This document shows, piece after piece, positions 19,154-28,802 of a DNA stretch of 62,431 nt. The DNA comes from a virus (lineage: Duplodnaviria; Heunggongvirae; Uroviricota; Caudoviricetes). A program made the position numbers and the translations under genes. The stretch's first letter is position 1, and the number at the start of each line of letters is the position of its first letter. Below the pieces are notes generated by a model, which saw nothing but the letters and a program-made list of their open reading frames with translations, was not told the origin of the DNA and searched no databases. The stretch lies in the IMG/VR virus record IMGVR_UViG_3300012933_000323, positions 1-62,431 of that record. One strand, written 5' to 3'.

Positions 19154-20339
19154 GACCTAGCCTTCTCTTCATATAATCATTTAGTCTAAGACCATCAAAG
19201 TTCAATTTAAATGAAGACACCGGCCAGACACCGTACCACTTACCTTTATATGTATCAGCATTATGTATAGAATTATCATATGATGCTTTAATGATATCAA
19301 CTAAAACCGGATCTTGCATAAGCATACCATCAATGAATAGATTTGATTTCTCTTCAGCAATTTTCCAAAATGGTGTATCATAAATACTCCCATTCATATA
19401 ATGGAAGTTGATAATTGCTTTTTGGCTATTTAATAAGTGATGGTACCACATATTGATTTGATCCAAGTCTGCTCTTTTACCAAAGACACGGGTATCAGCA
19501 AAATTATTAATATTCATAATGGTACTAATAGAAGTAGCTTCCATCGGTTCCAAGAAGAATGATGCATTACCATTATAAGTTACGCGATCTTTAAAGTTCT
19601 GTTTTCTCACATAATTACTAAAATGGAAACTGTTTGTGTCTTGGCTTGGTACTAAATCCCAATCTTTAAAGATTTGTTTGACATCTTCTTTAACTTCATC
19701 TAATGTATTCAAGTCGTGATTGTACATATATCCAATACTACAACGATTAGTTAAAGGAATAGCGAATACCCAACCATAAGGTCTAGCAATTGCTAATGTG
19801 TCTGTAAACTTTGCATTAGGCCAATAACATTGTGTTACGTGAACAGCATTTACATATACAAAGTCTGCTTCAATAACTTCACCAGTTTCCCAGGATGGTT
19901 TGCCTGTGCAGTCAACAATGTAGTCCGCATCTAGTTCGGAATGTTTTACGTTTGCTTGGATGATTTTTGTGTCAGGATAAAGTTCTTTGACTTTATTTTC
20001 AATAAACTGTTGCAGCTTATTTGCATTAAAATGCATTGACGAGAGAGGTGGCGGGAAGACATGATTAAAGTCAGAACCTTCTTTGGTCCAACCAATCTTT
20101 CTAACACCTGTTTTAAAGTTTCCATTGATTGCTTCTAAGTCCGACCATCTGAATTGCATATAACGATTAAGCATGTCTGGTACATCTGCTGTAGTACCTT
20201 CACCAACAGCTTGCGGTTTAATGTTTGGATCGTATACCCATTGTACTTCGTAACCCTGTTGCTTCGCGAAGTGTGAATAATGGACTGCTGATAAACTACC
20301 AGCAGTCCCATGTCCAATTACCGTAATCTTTTTCATCAT
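19149..20339 (-). CDS. flavin-dependent halogenase-like (tryptophan halogenase family) protein
   Basis: IGHGTAG FAD motif, AVGEGT, NFKTG (catalytic Lys position), GWVFAIPL, FLEPMEATSI. Confidence 0.8.
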   Translation of the reverse strand: MMKKITVIGHGTAGSLSAVHYSHFAKQQGYEVQWVYDPNIKPQAVGEGTTADVPDMLNRYMQFRWSDLEAINGNFKTGVRKIGWTKEGSDFNHVFPPPLSSMHFNANKLQQFIENKVKELYPDTKIIQANVKHSELDADYIVDCTGKPSWETGEVIEADFVYVNAVHVTQCYWPNAKFTDTLAIARPYGWVFAIPLTNRCSIGYMYNHDLNTLDEVKEDVKQIFKDWDLVPSQDTNSFHFSNYVRKQNFKDRVTYNGNASFFLEPMEATSISTIMNINNFADTRVFGKRADLDQINMWYHHLLNSQKAIINFHYMNGSIYDTPFWKIAEEKSNLFIDGMLMQDPVLVDIIKASYDNSIHNADTYKGKWYGVWPVSSFKLNFDGLRLNDYMKRRLGL

Positions 20340-20396
20340 TCTCTCCTATTAACTAAATTTTAATTTATTTATTGTTAATAAAAGAGAGGATAATTA

Positions 20397-20690
20397 TTAG
20401 ACGTCGATAGCGCCTTCAAATAATGGCAAAGTCTTTACATAATTGTAAATTTTTGCTAATTGAGTATCACCGTCTTGTGTATCAATTAATTCACGTTCAG
20501 CACGTAAATTAATAACAGCAACCGGTGTTTTAGTTTCCTGTCTTGCGGTAGCATTAGCAAAAATTGCTAGTGAAAAAGTTACGAATAACTTATCACCATT
20601 AAAATTTACGAATGACACATAAGCCTCTGGAAAATCTAAGCCTACACGATTTTCCGGGTTATTTGCGGCTAGGTTAAATTGTAAAGCCAT
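20397..20690 (-). CDS. hypothetical protein (fibre-associated)
   Basis: 97-aa ORF with AGGAG RBS; ends Y..VKTLPLFEGAIDV, like small proteins following fibre genes. Confidence 0.7.
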   Translation of the reverse strand: MALQFNLAANNPENRVGLDFPEAYVSFVNFNGDKLFVTFSLAIFANATARQETKTPVAVINLRAERELIDTQDGDTQLAKIYNYVKTLPLFEGAIDV

Positions 20691-20714
20691 TTTTTTATTC
20701 TCCTTGAATTAATA

Positions 20715-23492
20715 TTAGTATGTGCCGCTAATACTTACATGCCCACCAACGTGAACAGTTAGGTAGTTGCCAGTAGCACTTGCAGTGGTTGTCATTGATA
20801 GTTGTAAGTAATCACCGCTTAAGAACATTGCTGGGTTACCCCAATATGTACTTGCATTTGATTGCGCAATAACTGTTGTTGTTTGTGAAACAATACTACT
20901 TACGCCTGCATTACTTCTACGTGCAACAAACGCGATCTCATAAATACCGTAATCATCAGAATTTCTACGTGATACGGTAACAGTGATCTTACCTTGGAAT
21001 AACGCATTATTACTACATGATGTTAACACAAGTGTAGTATCACCGCTAGTTCTTGCTGAATTAGGTAAGCTATACGGCACGCCTGAACTAGATGAATAAC
21101 CAAGTTGTGGATACACAGTACCAGCACCGTTTGCATACAAGTATTGATATACGCTTAGTTCAAGTTCGGCATGACGATCTTGAGGGGCAAACCAAGTTGA
21201 ACCACCAATTAAGTTACCGTTAGCTGTTGAAGTTGTACCACTACCACCGTTAATAACTGTAGAATAATCACCAGCCTTGTTAATGTATGTGTAGCCCATA
21301 CCTAGTGTCATTACGTGTTGACCATCGCCCCACATCCAGCCACTTGAACCATCACCAATCATACCAAGAACAGTTGAATGATACATGCCACCAATACCAT
21401 CACCGCCACGACCTACGTATGTAGAATAGTCGCCTCGTGCATCACCACCGCCAACACAAATTGTTGAGTTGCCGCTACTTCTTGCGTTATAACCAACAGA
21501 AACAGTATGATAGCTATTTGCTGCGGCGCTTGAACCAATTGCCACACCACCTTCACCACCACCGGTTGAAGCATTACCAAGTGAGATACTATACATCCCT
21601 GGTGTAGCATTATTTGTAGAAATCAATGAATTAGATGAATATAGTGCATATCTATCCGCATTAATACTTAATGCTGATACTAAACCATCATATGTAATTT
21701 TACCAGTTGTTTCATCATATGTAATTGCTTTTGTGCCAGTTGTATCATCACCAAATACAATGCTTGTTGTTTTTGTAGTGTATGATAACGCATCGCCAAC
21801 CGTAAACTTACTGGTGATATCTGTGTTGGATTTGAAACCGTTAATACCTGTCACAGATGTTGATGCACTTGATAAATATGAAAGAATATCTACATTTACT
21901 GTAAATGCGCATGATGCATCATTGGAATTATAGCTTGCTCGTACATTGTACGGTGTTGGGTATGATGGGTTTGATGTACTTAGCACATCATACGCATAAA
22001 TATTTCCATACGCATTAGACCAAGTTAGCCCAATTGGAGCTAGTGTCCAAGTAATACCAGTGCCAATGTCAGTAAATACCATTTCGCTTGCGGTATCAAT
22101 GAAATTGTAATACTCTGATCCGCCACCCATTGTTGATATTACAAAACCATTAATGGCACCATCATTATAGAATGTGAAATTGTTAAAATACATTCCGTTC
22201 GCTGGAGAAACATATACCGCGAACTGTGATAAATTAGAGAATGACTTATTGTCAACGATTGTGCTAGAGTTATTCAAAAACAGTTTATTGATATTACCAA
22301 GTGCAGGTACTTGATGATCAAAGTACACGCTATATGATGCTGGTACAACCGTGTTATACACGATAGAAGTCATTTGGGCCGTAGAAGATGTTGCCCATGG
22401 GTACCACCAATCTGTCCATGAAGAAACATCCCAAGGTGCTTGCCCAGATACTAAACTAGCACCAAAGTCAACAGCCGTTGACCCCTGAGAATAATAGTTT
22501 GCAGTAACTTGTAATACACCTTGCACTGGTGAACCGTTGTACGTAGCAGAGAAATTAAGTTGTGTGCCAGGAGGAATTGTTGCAGCAAAAGCAGCTGCTT
22601 GAGACACTGTGTTAAATGATGCAGTCTGTGTATTACCGTTTGATGTAAGCCAAAAGCGTAATAACCCAATGCTTGACGCATATGAGTTATCAATAGTAAG
22701 TGTATTAAGTTGTGCTTGTGTTGTTACTAAACTAGACACGGCACCAACAGCAACTGGACTCTGCTTTAGTGAAATTTTATTTCTAACGCTTAAGTCATCT
22801 AATACACTTAAATTACCATCAACAGTTAAAGTACCTTTTGTGTCAACATATTCATTGGCAATACCTTCAGGAGTAATTGTAGATCCAACATGTAAGTTAG
22901 TACCAATTAACGCTTCGTCAACAACCAAGTCTGTACCAACTAGGTTATTTGCAACGATTTCAGCATTAACCGTAAGAACTCCATCAACCTCTTTTAATGT
23001 CGCATTACCGATTGAAACGCTATTTGCAACGTTAACATCGTACCATCTTTCTGTTGGCGAACCTAAGTCATAAACCGCGTCAAATTGCGGAACCATGTCT
23101 TCGCTAACTTCACCAGGTAGGAAACCAGTTACAGAAGAAGGAAGTTGGATATTAACGGTTGAACCGTTATTATTATGCAATGTAATAATCGAACCGTTTA
23201 CGGTTGCAGATGTTACGTATGTGTTTGTGTCTGTATCTTGTGCAAGTGTAGCTACGTTAACGTTAACTGTTGTTGCGTCGCTATTTGTAAGTGTTAATGT
23301 ATTTCCAGACACAACGCCTGAAACAACTGCGGCACCACCGCCGGTTCCACCAACTTGAATACCACCTGCCGTTACTCCATCGTGTAGATAAACTAATTTA
23401 TTATCTACATCAATGAAGAGTTCACCTTGGGCACCAGTAAGTGCTGCAGCCTCAGCAGCAGTACCTCTTCTTAATTGTAAAGTAGTTGCCAT
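20715..23492 (-). CDS. long tail fibre / receptor-binding protein
   Basis: N-terminal LQLRRGTAAE...GELFIDVD..LHDGVTAGG (Mtd-N-like); S/T/G/N-rich beta-structured body. Confidence 0.75.
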   Translation of the reverse strand: MATTLQLRRGTAAEAAALTGAQGELFIDVDNKLVYLHDGVTAGGIQVGGTGGGAAVVSGVVSGNTLTLTNSDATTVNVNVATLAQDTDTNTYVTSATVNGSIITLHNNNGSTVNIQLPSSVTGFLPGEVSEDMVPQFDAVYDLGSPTERWYDVNVANSVSIGNATLKEVDGVLTVNAEIVANNLVGTDLVVDEALIGTNLHVGSTITPEGIANEYVDTKGTLTVDGNLSVLDDLSVRNKISLKQSPVAVGAVSSLVTTQAQLNTLTIDNSYASSIGLLRFWLTSNGNTQTASFNTVSQAAAFAATIPPGTQLNFSATYNGSPVQGVLQVTANYYSQGSTAVDFGASLVSGQAPWDVSSWTDWWYPWATSSTAQMTSIVYNTVVPASYSVYFDHQVPALGNINKLFLNNSSTIVDNKSFSNLSQFAVYVSPANGMYFNNFTFYNDGAINGFVISTMGGGSEYYNFIDTASEMVFTDIGTGITWTLAPIGLTWSNAYGNIYAYDVLSTSNPSYPTPYNVRASYNSNDASCAFTVNVDILSYLSSASTSVTGINGFKSNTDITSKFTVGDALSYTTKTTSIVFGDDTTGTKAITYDETTGKITYDGLVSALSINADRYALYSSNSLISTNNATPGMYSISLGNASTGGGEGGVAIGSSAAANSYHTVSVGYNARSSGNSTICVGGGDARGDYSTYVGRGGDGIGGMYHSTVLGMIGDGSSGWMWGDGQHVMTLGMGYTYINKAGDYSTVINGGSGTTSTANGNLIGGSTWFAPQDRHAELELSVYQYLYANGAGTVYPQLGYSSSSGVPYSLPNSARTSGDTTLVLTSCSNNALFQGKITVTVSRRNSDDYGIYEIAFVARRSNAGVSSIVSQTTTVIAQSNASTYWGNPAMFLSGDYLQLSMTTTASATGNYLTVHVGGHVSISGTY

Positions 23493-23518
23493 TTAAATCT
23501 CCATTTAATGTTTTCTAT

Positions 23519-23526
23519 TATTTATA
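23519..23526 (-). promoter_or_regulatory. T4-type late promoter TATAAATA
   Basis: Exact match upstream of 23492. Confidence 0.75.
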
Positions 23527-26500
23527 TTATTGGTTTAAGTCTGACGTTCCAGTACCTGAATTCAAATCAAGAGTACCTGAACCAGAATTTAAGTCACCTT
23601 GCACAGATGTACCATTCAAATCAATTGTGCCTGAACCAGAATTCAAATCAAGAGTACCTGAACCAGAATTTAAGTCAGTAGGTAATGATGGTGTAGGATT
23701 TGCAGATAGATTTTCAATCAATGTTCTTGAAAATTGAACAACAGATGATGAATCAACCGGCGTAAACAGAACTTGAACGATATCACCAACGACCAGTGTG
23801 TCGAATGTGCCTAGATCAGCGCCAAGCTGGCCGTATTGAGAGTTCAACGCAGTTGATCCATTGAAGAGAACCAGCATCTTTAATGACATAAAACCAGAAT
23901 TTCCGGTTACCATCAACAAATACTCACCACCCCTATAATCAATCGTGCTGAATGAATCAACGACTTGTGATGTTACACCAGATGTAGTTGAAGAACCTGT
24001 ACCAGCTCCTGCGATCATTTGATCAACTTCAGTCTTGGTGTAGTAATTCGTTAAATCGATGTTAGAAATTAATACATCAACTTCAGTCTTACTATAAAAT
24101 AATCCAGATGTTAGCGGCGTTAATGCAATAATTTCTAAGTGGTCACCTGCCTGGGCTGGTTGCACTAAGTTAATAGTTACCCCATCAAGTGCGTTATATT
24201 CTGTGTCCGCTAATTTTAAACCGTTTAAGAATACTTCAACAAGACCAACTGTATAACCAGCATTAAATGCAGATGTTGGCGCTGTGACTTCAAATACACG
24301 TTTGTTGTATGCGGTATCAACATTACCAATTAGTACCCATTGAGTACCGTTCCAAATTTTAATGATTGGTTCAGGTGTACGTGTATCTTGCCAAACTGTA
24401 CCTAATGATGGGGTACTTGGTTCAAATGAGCCAGAGATAAATGTTTCACCTGTTAAATCTTGTGAACCATAATCAATAACTTCAATGTTATCTCCAGCCT
24501 GTGCAGCCTCTAATAATGTAATTACACCATTAGCGATTGTGTAGTCTTCGCCGTCTAATTTGAAGCCGTTATAAAATACTTCAACATCAAATAAGCCAAG
24601 TGAAGTGCTAAAGATTGTTTGCCCTGCGGTTGCAGTAAAATCCTGAGTCTCTCTACGGCTGAATACGTTAATATTGCTAACGCCACTGCCACTCAATGAG
24701 CTTAGGTCAACAGTTAGGTCTGGTAATGAACCGGTTCTAGATAATGTTAGTACGCCACTTGATAATGAAACACCATCAACATAATCATTAGTATCAGCGA
24801 TTGTTACTGAACCGGTTTGTCCATTTACTGATGTAACTAAATTTGTGTCATCATATAATGCAGATACGTCAACTTGGAATGTAGTGTTATCTTGACGAGT
24901 GAATGTAATTACATTGTCATTCAATACACCAGTTGAAACAGTATTTGTTGTATCATCTAATAACGCGCCAACATTAATATTGATAGTTGATGCATCACTA
25001 TTTGTTAATGTTAATGTGCTACCAGAAACAGTACCAGAAACAACATACTTATCCACCCCAGCTTGTGTAATGTTAATATTACCTGTGCCAATTAGGGTTT
25101 GGCCATTAATAGTTTTAAGACTTGACCATGACGAAGTGCCGTCAACACTTGTAACAATTACTTGATCAGTTGTACCACTAACAGTATTAAATGAAATTTT
25201 ATTATTTACATTAAGTAACGGGAAGTCACCAAACGATGCACCTACTTCTGCAAAGTGTACAGCATCTGTTGTGTTTAAAGATTGGTCAAATGTTTGACCA
25301 GCTAATGATGAAAGGTCAGCAGTGTAAGACCCGCCATCAGATATATTAGCCGTTAAAACATTTGTTGTTGAATTGAAAGAAACACTAGATAAAAGTGGTA
25401 CACTAACACTACCAGTCTGTCCGTTTACTGAAGTAACTAAATTAGTATCGTCGTAAAGATTTGATACATCAACAGTAAAATTACTGCCATCTTGGCGAGT
25501 AAATAGAATTGAACTTCCACTTAACACGCCAGATGTGATTGTATTTGTTGTATCGTCTAATAATGAACTTACATCAATATTAACACTAGTACCATTATTT
25601 TGGTTAAGAGATAGTGTGGTTCCTTGTACATTACCATTAATAACATAAGTGTTTGTGTCTACAGTTACTGGAATATTTGCAATAGCTGTATCAACATATG
25701 ATTTTGGTACAGCATGGAAATCCTCAGTTGGAGTATTTACATATAAGTTATTTGCAACGTTTGCATCGTATGACGCATCAATATGGTAAAGGTGTGTAGT
25801 ACTTGCATCTGCATCAAACAGCTGAGGGATGGTAATTGACGCATTACTTTTACCGTATCTATCGCCGGAAGAAACTCTTACTGAGTCATACAAGCCGAAA
25901 GGTTGAACAAATCCAGGCGCAGCCGAGAAATAAGAACCTAAAGAAACGTATGTTCTTGCTACAGTTTGTCTATAATCACCAGTTACGTCAACACTGAAGT
26001 TACCATAGTTACGGCGAACACCGTTAATCCAAACACACCATTCGGTTTGGTCAACATACATTGCATAGTGAACCCAGTTGGCGTATGGTGTGAACGAGCC
26101 ACCTGTATTACCACCCTTTGTGCCTGTTGTATCTGTAAATCCGATAGAACCGTCAGCATTTAATTCAACCCACTGAGCTTTATCGCCAGGGATAGTTCCA
26201 CCAACTTCAAAAATTCTAGTACTTGATGCACTATCGTCTAGATAATAAAACCAGCATTCTAAAGTTAATGGTGTAGTTAAGTTTGATTCATTAAAAACAA
26301 TATTTTGGTTTTGTAAAAATAATGAATAATCATAATTTTTTGCGTATAGAGAGCTTGCAGAACCAATGTATGATGATAAGTCATTTGCTATAGTATTAGT
26401 CTTTTGATCTAATAATCTGATGACTGGCGTATCTGAGATACTTTTTAATTTATTTGCTTGGACGTTGTCGTCAACGTATTTCTTTGTAGTTGGATTATAT

Positions 26501-26607
26501 AGACCGCTAGGCGTGTATGCACCAGCGTTGTCCAATTGAAGGACATTACTTTTATCGGCTTTTGTCTTCTTAAGTTTGCCAATTAAGGCTAGATCAATTA
26601 TGCTCAT
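23527..26607 (-). CDS. large virion/fibre protein with LamG/concanavalin-like domain and internal repeats
   Basis: TLECWFYY...WVHYAMY..WCVWING...YDSVRVS LamG-like; duplicated LLDDTTNT...LYDDTNLVTSVNGQTGSV; VFxNGxKL modules. Start reassigned to MSIIDL at 26607. Confidence 0.7.
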   Translation of the reverse strand: MSIIDLALIGKLKKTKADKSNVLQLDNAGAYTPSGLYNPTTKKYVDDNVQANKLKSISDTPVIRLLDQKTNTIANDLSSYIGSASSLYAKNYDYSLFLQNQNIVFNESNLTTPLTLECWFYYLDDSASSTRIFEVGGTIPGDKAQWVELNADGSIGFTDTTGTKGGNTGGSFTPYANWVHYAMYVDQTEWCVWINGVRRNYGNFSVDVTGDYRQTVARTYVSLGSYFSAAPGFVQPFGLYDSVRVSSGDRYGKSNASITIPQLFDADASTTHLYHIDASYDANVANNLYVNTPTEDFHAVPKSYVDTAIANIPVTVDTNTYVINGNVQGTTLSLNQNNGTSVNIDVSSLLDDTTNTITSGVLSGSSILFTRQDGSNFTVDVSNLYDDTNLVTSVNGQTGSVSVPLLSSVSFNSTTNVLTANISDGGSYTADLSSLAGQTFDQSLNTTDAVHFAEVGASFGDFPLLNVNNKISFNTVSGTTDQVIVTSVDGTSSWSSLKTINGQTLIGTGNINITQAGVDKYVVSGTVSGSTLTLTNSDASTININVGALLDDTTNTVSTGVLNDNVITFTRQDNTTFQVDVSALYDDTNLVTSVNGQTGSVTIADTNDYVDGVSLSSGVLTLSRTGSLPDLTVDLSSLSGSGVSNINVFSRRETQDFTATAGQTIFSTSLGLFDVEVFYNGFKLDGEDYTIANGVITLLEAAQAGDNIEVIDYGSQDLTGETFISGSFEPSTPSLGTVWQDTRTPEPIIKIWNGTQWVLIGNVDTAYNKRVFEVTAPTSAFNAGYTVGLVEVFLNGLKLADTEYNALDGVTINLVQPAQAGDHLEIIALTPLTSGLFYSKTEVDVLISNIDLTNYYTKTEVDQMIAGAGTGSSTTSGVTSQVVDSFSTIDYRGGEYLLMVTGNSGFMSLKMLVLFNGSTALNSQYGQLGADLGTFDTLVVGDIVQVLFTPVDSSSVVQFSRTLIENLSANPTPSLPTDLNSGSGTLDLNSGSGTIDLNGTSVQGDLNSGSGTLDLNSGTGTSDLNQ
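23530..23680 (-). repeat. C-terminal DLNSGSGT(L/I) repeats
   Basis: DLNSGSGTL, DLNSGSGTI, DLNGTSVQG, DLNSGSGTL, DLNSGTGTS, DLNQ at the protein end; identical DNA blocks such as attcaaatcaagagtacctgaaccagaatttaagtc occur twice. Confidence 0.8.
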
Positions 26608-26984
26608 GCTGCACTCCAAGTTGTGCTAGTAAGATTCTTACTGCCATCGTATATCAGTGTTTGTGTAAATAACTTTGTTACACCATCAACACCGTAATAA
26701 TCTACGTGATCTAGGTCGCCTTGACCGTCATATATTAGGATAGTCTTATTCCCAGTAACATAAGTTACTGTTTCTAAATCACCTGTAGTTTGGGAGTACG
26801 TCATGCTTGACACATCTGTTGCATTCAAACGTTCGTCCAAACGTTTCATCTCAACGATGTCATTAGCAGTATTTTTGTAGTAGATATTACCGTCACGGTA
26901 ATTAAGAGCAATTTCGCCGTGATCTAAGTCAAGCGGTTTTTTATTCTCTACATTGCTCTTCTTAAGAAGAATTTTATTAGCCAT
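26604..26984 (-). CDS. hypothetical structural protein
   Basis: MANKILLKKS...LDHGEIALNYRDG fibre-type N-terminus. Confidence 0.65.
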   Translation of the reverse strand: MANKILLKKSNVENKKPLDLDHGEIALNYRDGNIYYKNTANDIVEMKRLDERLNATDVSSMTYSQTTGDLETVTYVTGNKTILIYDGQGDLDHVDYYGVDGVTKLFTQTLIYDGSKNLTSTTWSAA

Positions 26985-27045
26985 TTATAGAAATGTCCCT
27001 TCATCCTATTGAGGATATTTGTTGTATTGAATGTATTTATCACAA

Positions 27046-27079
27046 AGGCACGACCGAATTATAGAACTCAGCCGTGCCT
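27046..27079 (-). terminator. stem-loop, probable intrinsic terminator
   Basis: AGGCACGGCTGA...TCGGTCGTGCCT stem (with G-U pairs) followed by TTGT on the minus strand after the 27090 stop. Confidence 0.55.
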
Positions 27080-27089
27080 AGTATATTTT

Positions 27090-28448
27090 TTAGTATGTAC
27101 CGCAGTCGATAGTAATACCAGATTCCGCAGTAATAGTTTTAGTAGGAGCGAATGAAACACCGTTGTGTTGCAATAGATCGTATTGTGTACCAGTAGCAAA
27201 CGATGTAGTAGCCACCGCAGCCGCAGTCCAACCGTCTGAAACATTTACGCCATTTTGGAAGATGTTCCCAACTTCAAAATCACCAGAAGTTCCAGTGAAC
27301 ACTTCAGATGTGTTTAGTGCATCTGGAATATATGTGAAGCGTCCAGTTGATTCATCTAAACCAAAGAAACCGGTCTTAGGATTAGATGTTGAGCCGTACT
27401 TAAATTCAATACCACGATCTTTAGCATCTGATACTGCAAGAGTTTGACCTAATGTAAAGATAGGATCAGAAATTGTTACAACTGTTGATTCAACGGTTGT
27501 TGTAGTACCATGTACGACTAAGTCACCGTTAACTGTTACGTTATTTGCAGTTACATCGCCTGATGTAGCAATATCGCCAGTTACTGCACTGATTGTAACT
27601 TTACCGTTTACATCAACGCCACCATCTAATGATGATAAACCGCCAACGGTTACATCACTATTTAAGAATGTAGCATCGTTAACCGTTAATGTGCCAGTTG
27701 AAACTAATACGTCATCATTGAATGTACTTGCTGCATTAACAATTAAACCTGTTAATGTCGTTGTGCCTGATACACCAAGTGTTGTACTTAATGTAACTGC
27801 ACCGTCAACATCTAACGTACCGTTTAAGTTTGTTGCACCATCAACATCTAGCGTACCAACAGTATAAAGATTACCGTTTGCGCTATTAATGGTTAACTTA
27901 GATGTACCTGACGTACCAACTCTTACGTTACCGTCAATACCAATAGCTTGGTCAACTTCTAAAGAACCTAGAACAGATGTAGTTCTATTTAAATCACCAA
28001 TAGTAACAATACCACGGATAGTATTTACATCATCAGCAGAATCGCCTAATGTTGTTCCACCATCTACGGTTAAAGTACCAGCAGTATGGATATTACCGCC
28101 TGTTGATACCGTAAAGTTTCCAGTATTTACGTTAATGCCACCATTTAACGATGCTAAACCAGTAGCAGTTAATGTGTTATTAATTAATGTTGCACCATCA
28201 ACAGTTAAAGTACTATTAAAATCTACGGCACCACCAATCTCCATCGCTGAAGTCGCGGCGTAAATCTTACCAGTTGTTTTGTTGATTGAAAGATAACCAC
28301 CAAATGCGTCAGTAACCTTAATAGGGTTAGAACCTTCGACACCAACGTATAGTGAGTTATTCGTGTAGTCCCAGCCTAGTTCGTAACCAGCCAGTTGACC
28401 GGAAGCCGGTACACCACTACCTCTTTTAATTTTGATTATGTTAGCCAT
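27090..28448 (-). CDS. tail fibre protein with beta-helix-like repeats
   Basis: MANIIKIKRG..VP...LAGYELG N-terminus; TLxVDG repeats; GDLVVHGTTTTVESTVVTISDPIFTL and DRGIEF motifs. Confidence 0.75.
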   Translation of the reverse strand: MANIIKIKRGSGVPASGQLAGYELGWDYTNNSLYVGVEGSNPIKVTDAFGGYLSINKTTGKIYAATSAMEIGGAVDFNSTLTVDGATLINNTLTATGLASLNGGINVNTGNFTVSTGGNIHTAGTLTVDGGTTLGDSADDVNTIRGIVTIGDLNRTTSVLGSLEVDQAIGIDGNVRVGTSGTSKLTINSANGNLYTVGTLDVDGATNLNGTLDVDGAVTLSTTLGVSGTTTLTGLIVNAASTFNDDVLVSTGTLTVNDATFLNSDVTVGGLSSLDGGVDVNGKVTISAVTGDIATSGDVTANNVTVNGDLVVHGTTTTVESTVVTISDPIFTLGQTLAVSDAKDRGIEFKYGSTSNPKTGFFGLDESTGRFTYIPDALNTSEVFTGTSGDFEVGNIFQNGVNVSDGWTAAAVATTSFATGTQYDLLQHNGVSFAPTKTITAESGITIDCGTY

Positions 28449-28472
28449 TTAGAATCCTCTACACTTTTGAAT

Positions 28473-28480
28473 TATTTATA
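28473..28480 (-). promoter_or_regulatory. T4-type late promoter TATAAATA
   Basis: Exact match upstream of 28448. Confidence 0.75.
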
Positions 28481-28488
28481 CTTTCGGA

Positions 28489-28773
28489 TTACCAGTTTCC
28501 ACCATTAATGGTGTCAGCATTGTGGTAAATCAATGGTTCCCAAATGAACACATTGCTACCAACAGGATATTCTCTATACACATTAAAAGTTTCATGTGCC
28601 ATATCATACCAAATATCACCTTCATTTGCGCCTTGAGCGGTAGTTGGTGCTGTGGTTTGTTTAAAGATCGTCTGTTCTAACTCAGTAATTCTGTTGGAAA
28701 GTGTTGTTTCAATCTGACCAAGTGTATTCTCCAGATTGAAGATATTGTCCATGCTTCTTTGAATAATTGCCAC
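28489..28773 (-). CDS. hypothetical virion protein
   Basis: AP..A.EGDIWYD motif typical of fibre-related proteins; AGGAG RBS. Confidence 0.65.
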   Translation of the reverse strand: MAIIQRSMDNIFNLENTLGQIETTLSNRITELEQTIFKQTTAPTTAQGANEGDIWYDMAHETFNVYREYPVGSNVFIWEPLIYHNADTINGGNW

Positions 28774-28794
28774 GGCACACTCCTATTTTTGTTA

Positions 28795-28802
28795 TATTTA
28801 TA
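28795..28802 (-). promoter_or_regulatory. T4-type late promoter TATAAATA
   Basis: Exact match upstream of 28773. Confidence 0.7.

Noticed and set aside
20715-23492. Mtd-like N-terminus suggesting a diversity-generating retroelement
   Set aside because: No reverse transcriptase and no template/variable repeat pair differing at adenines was seen in the window.
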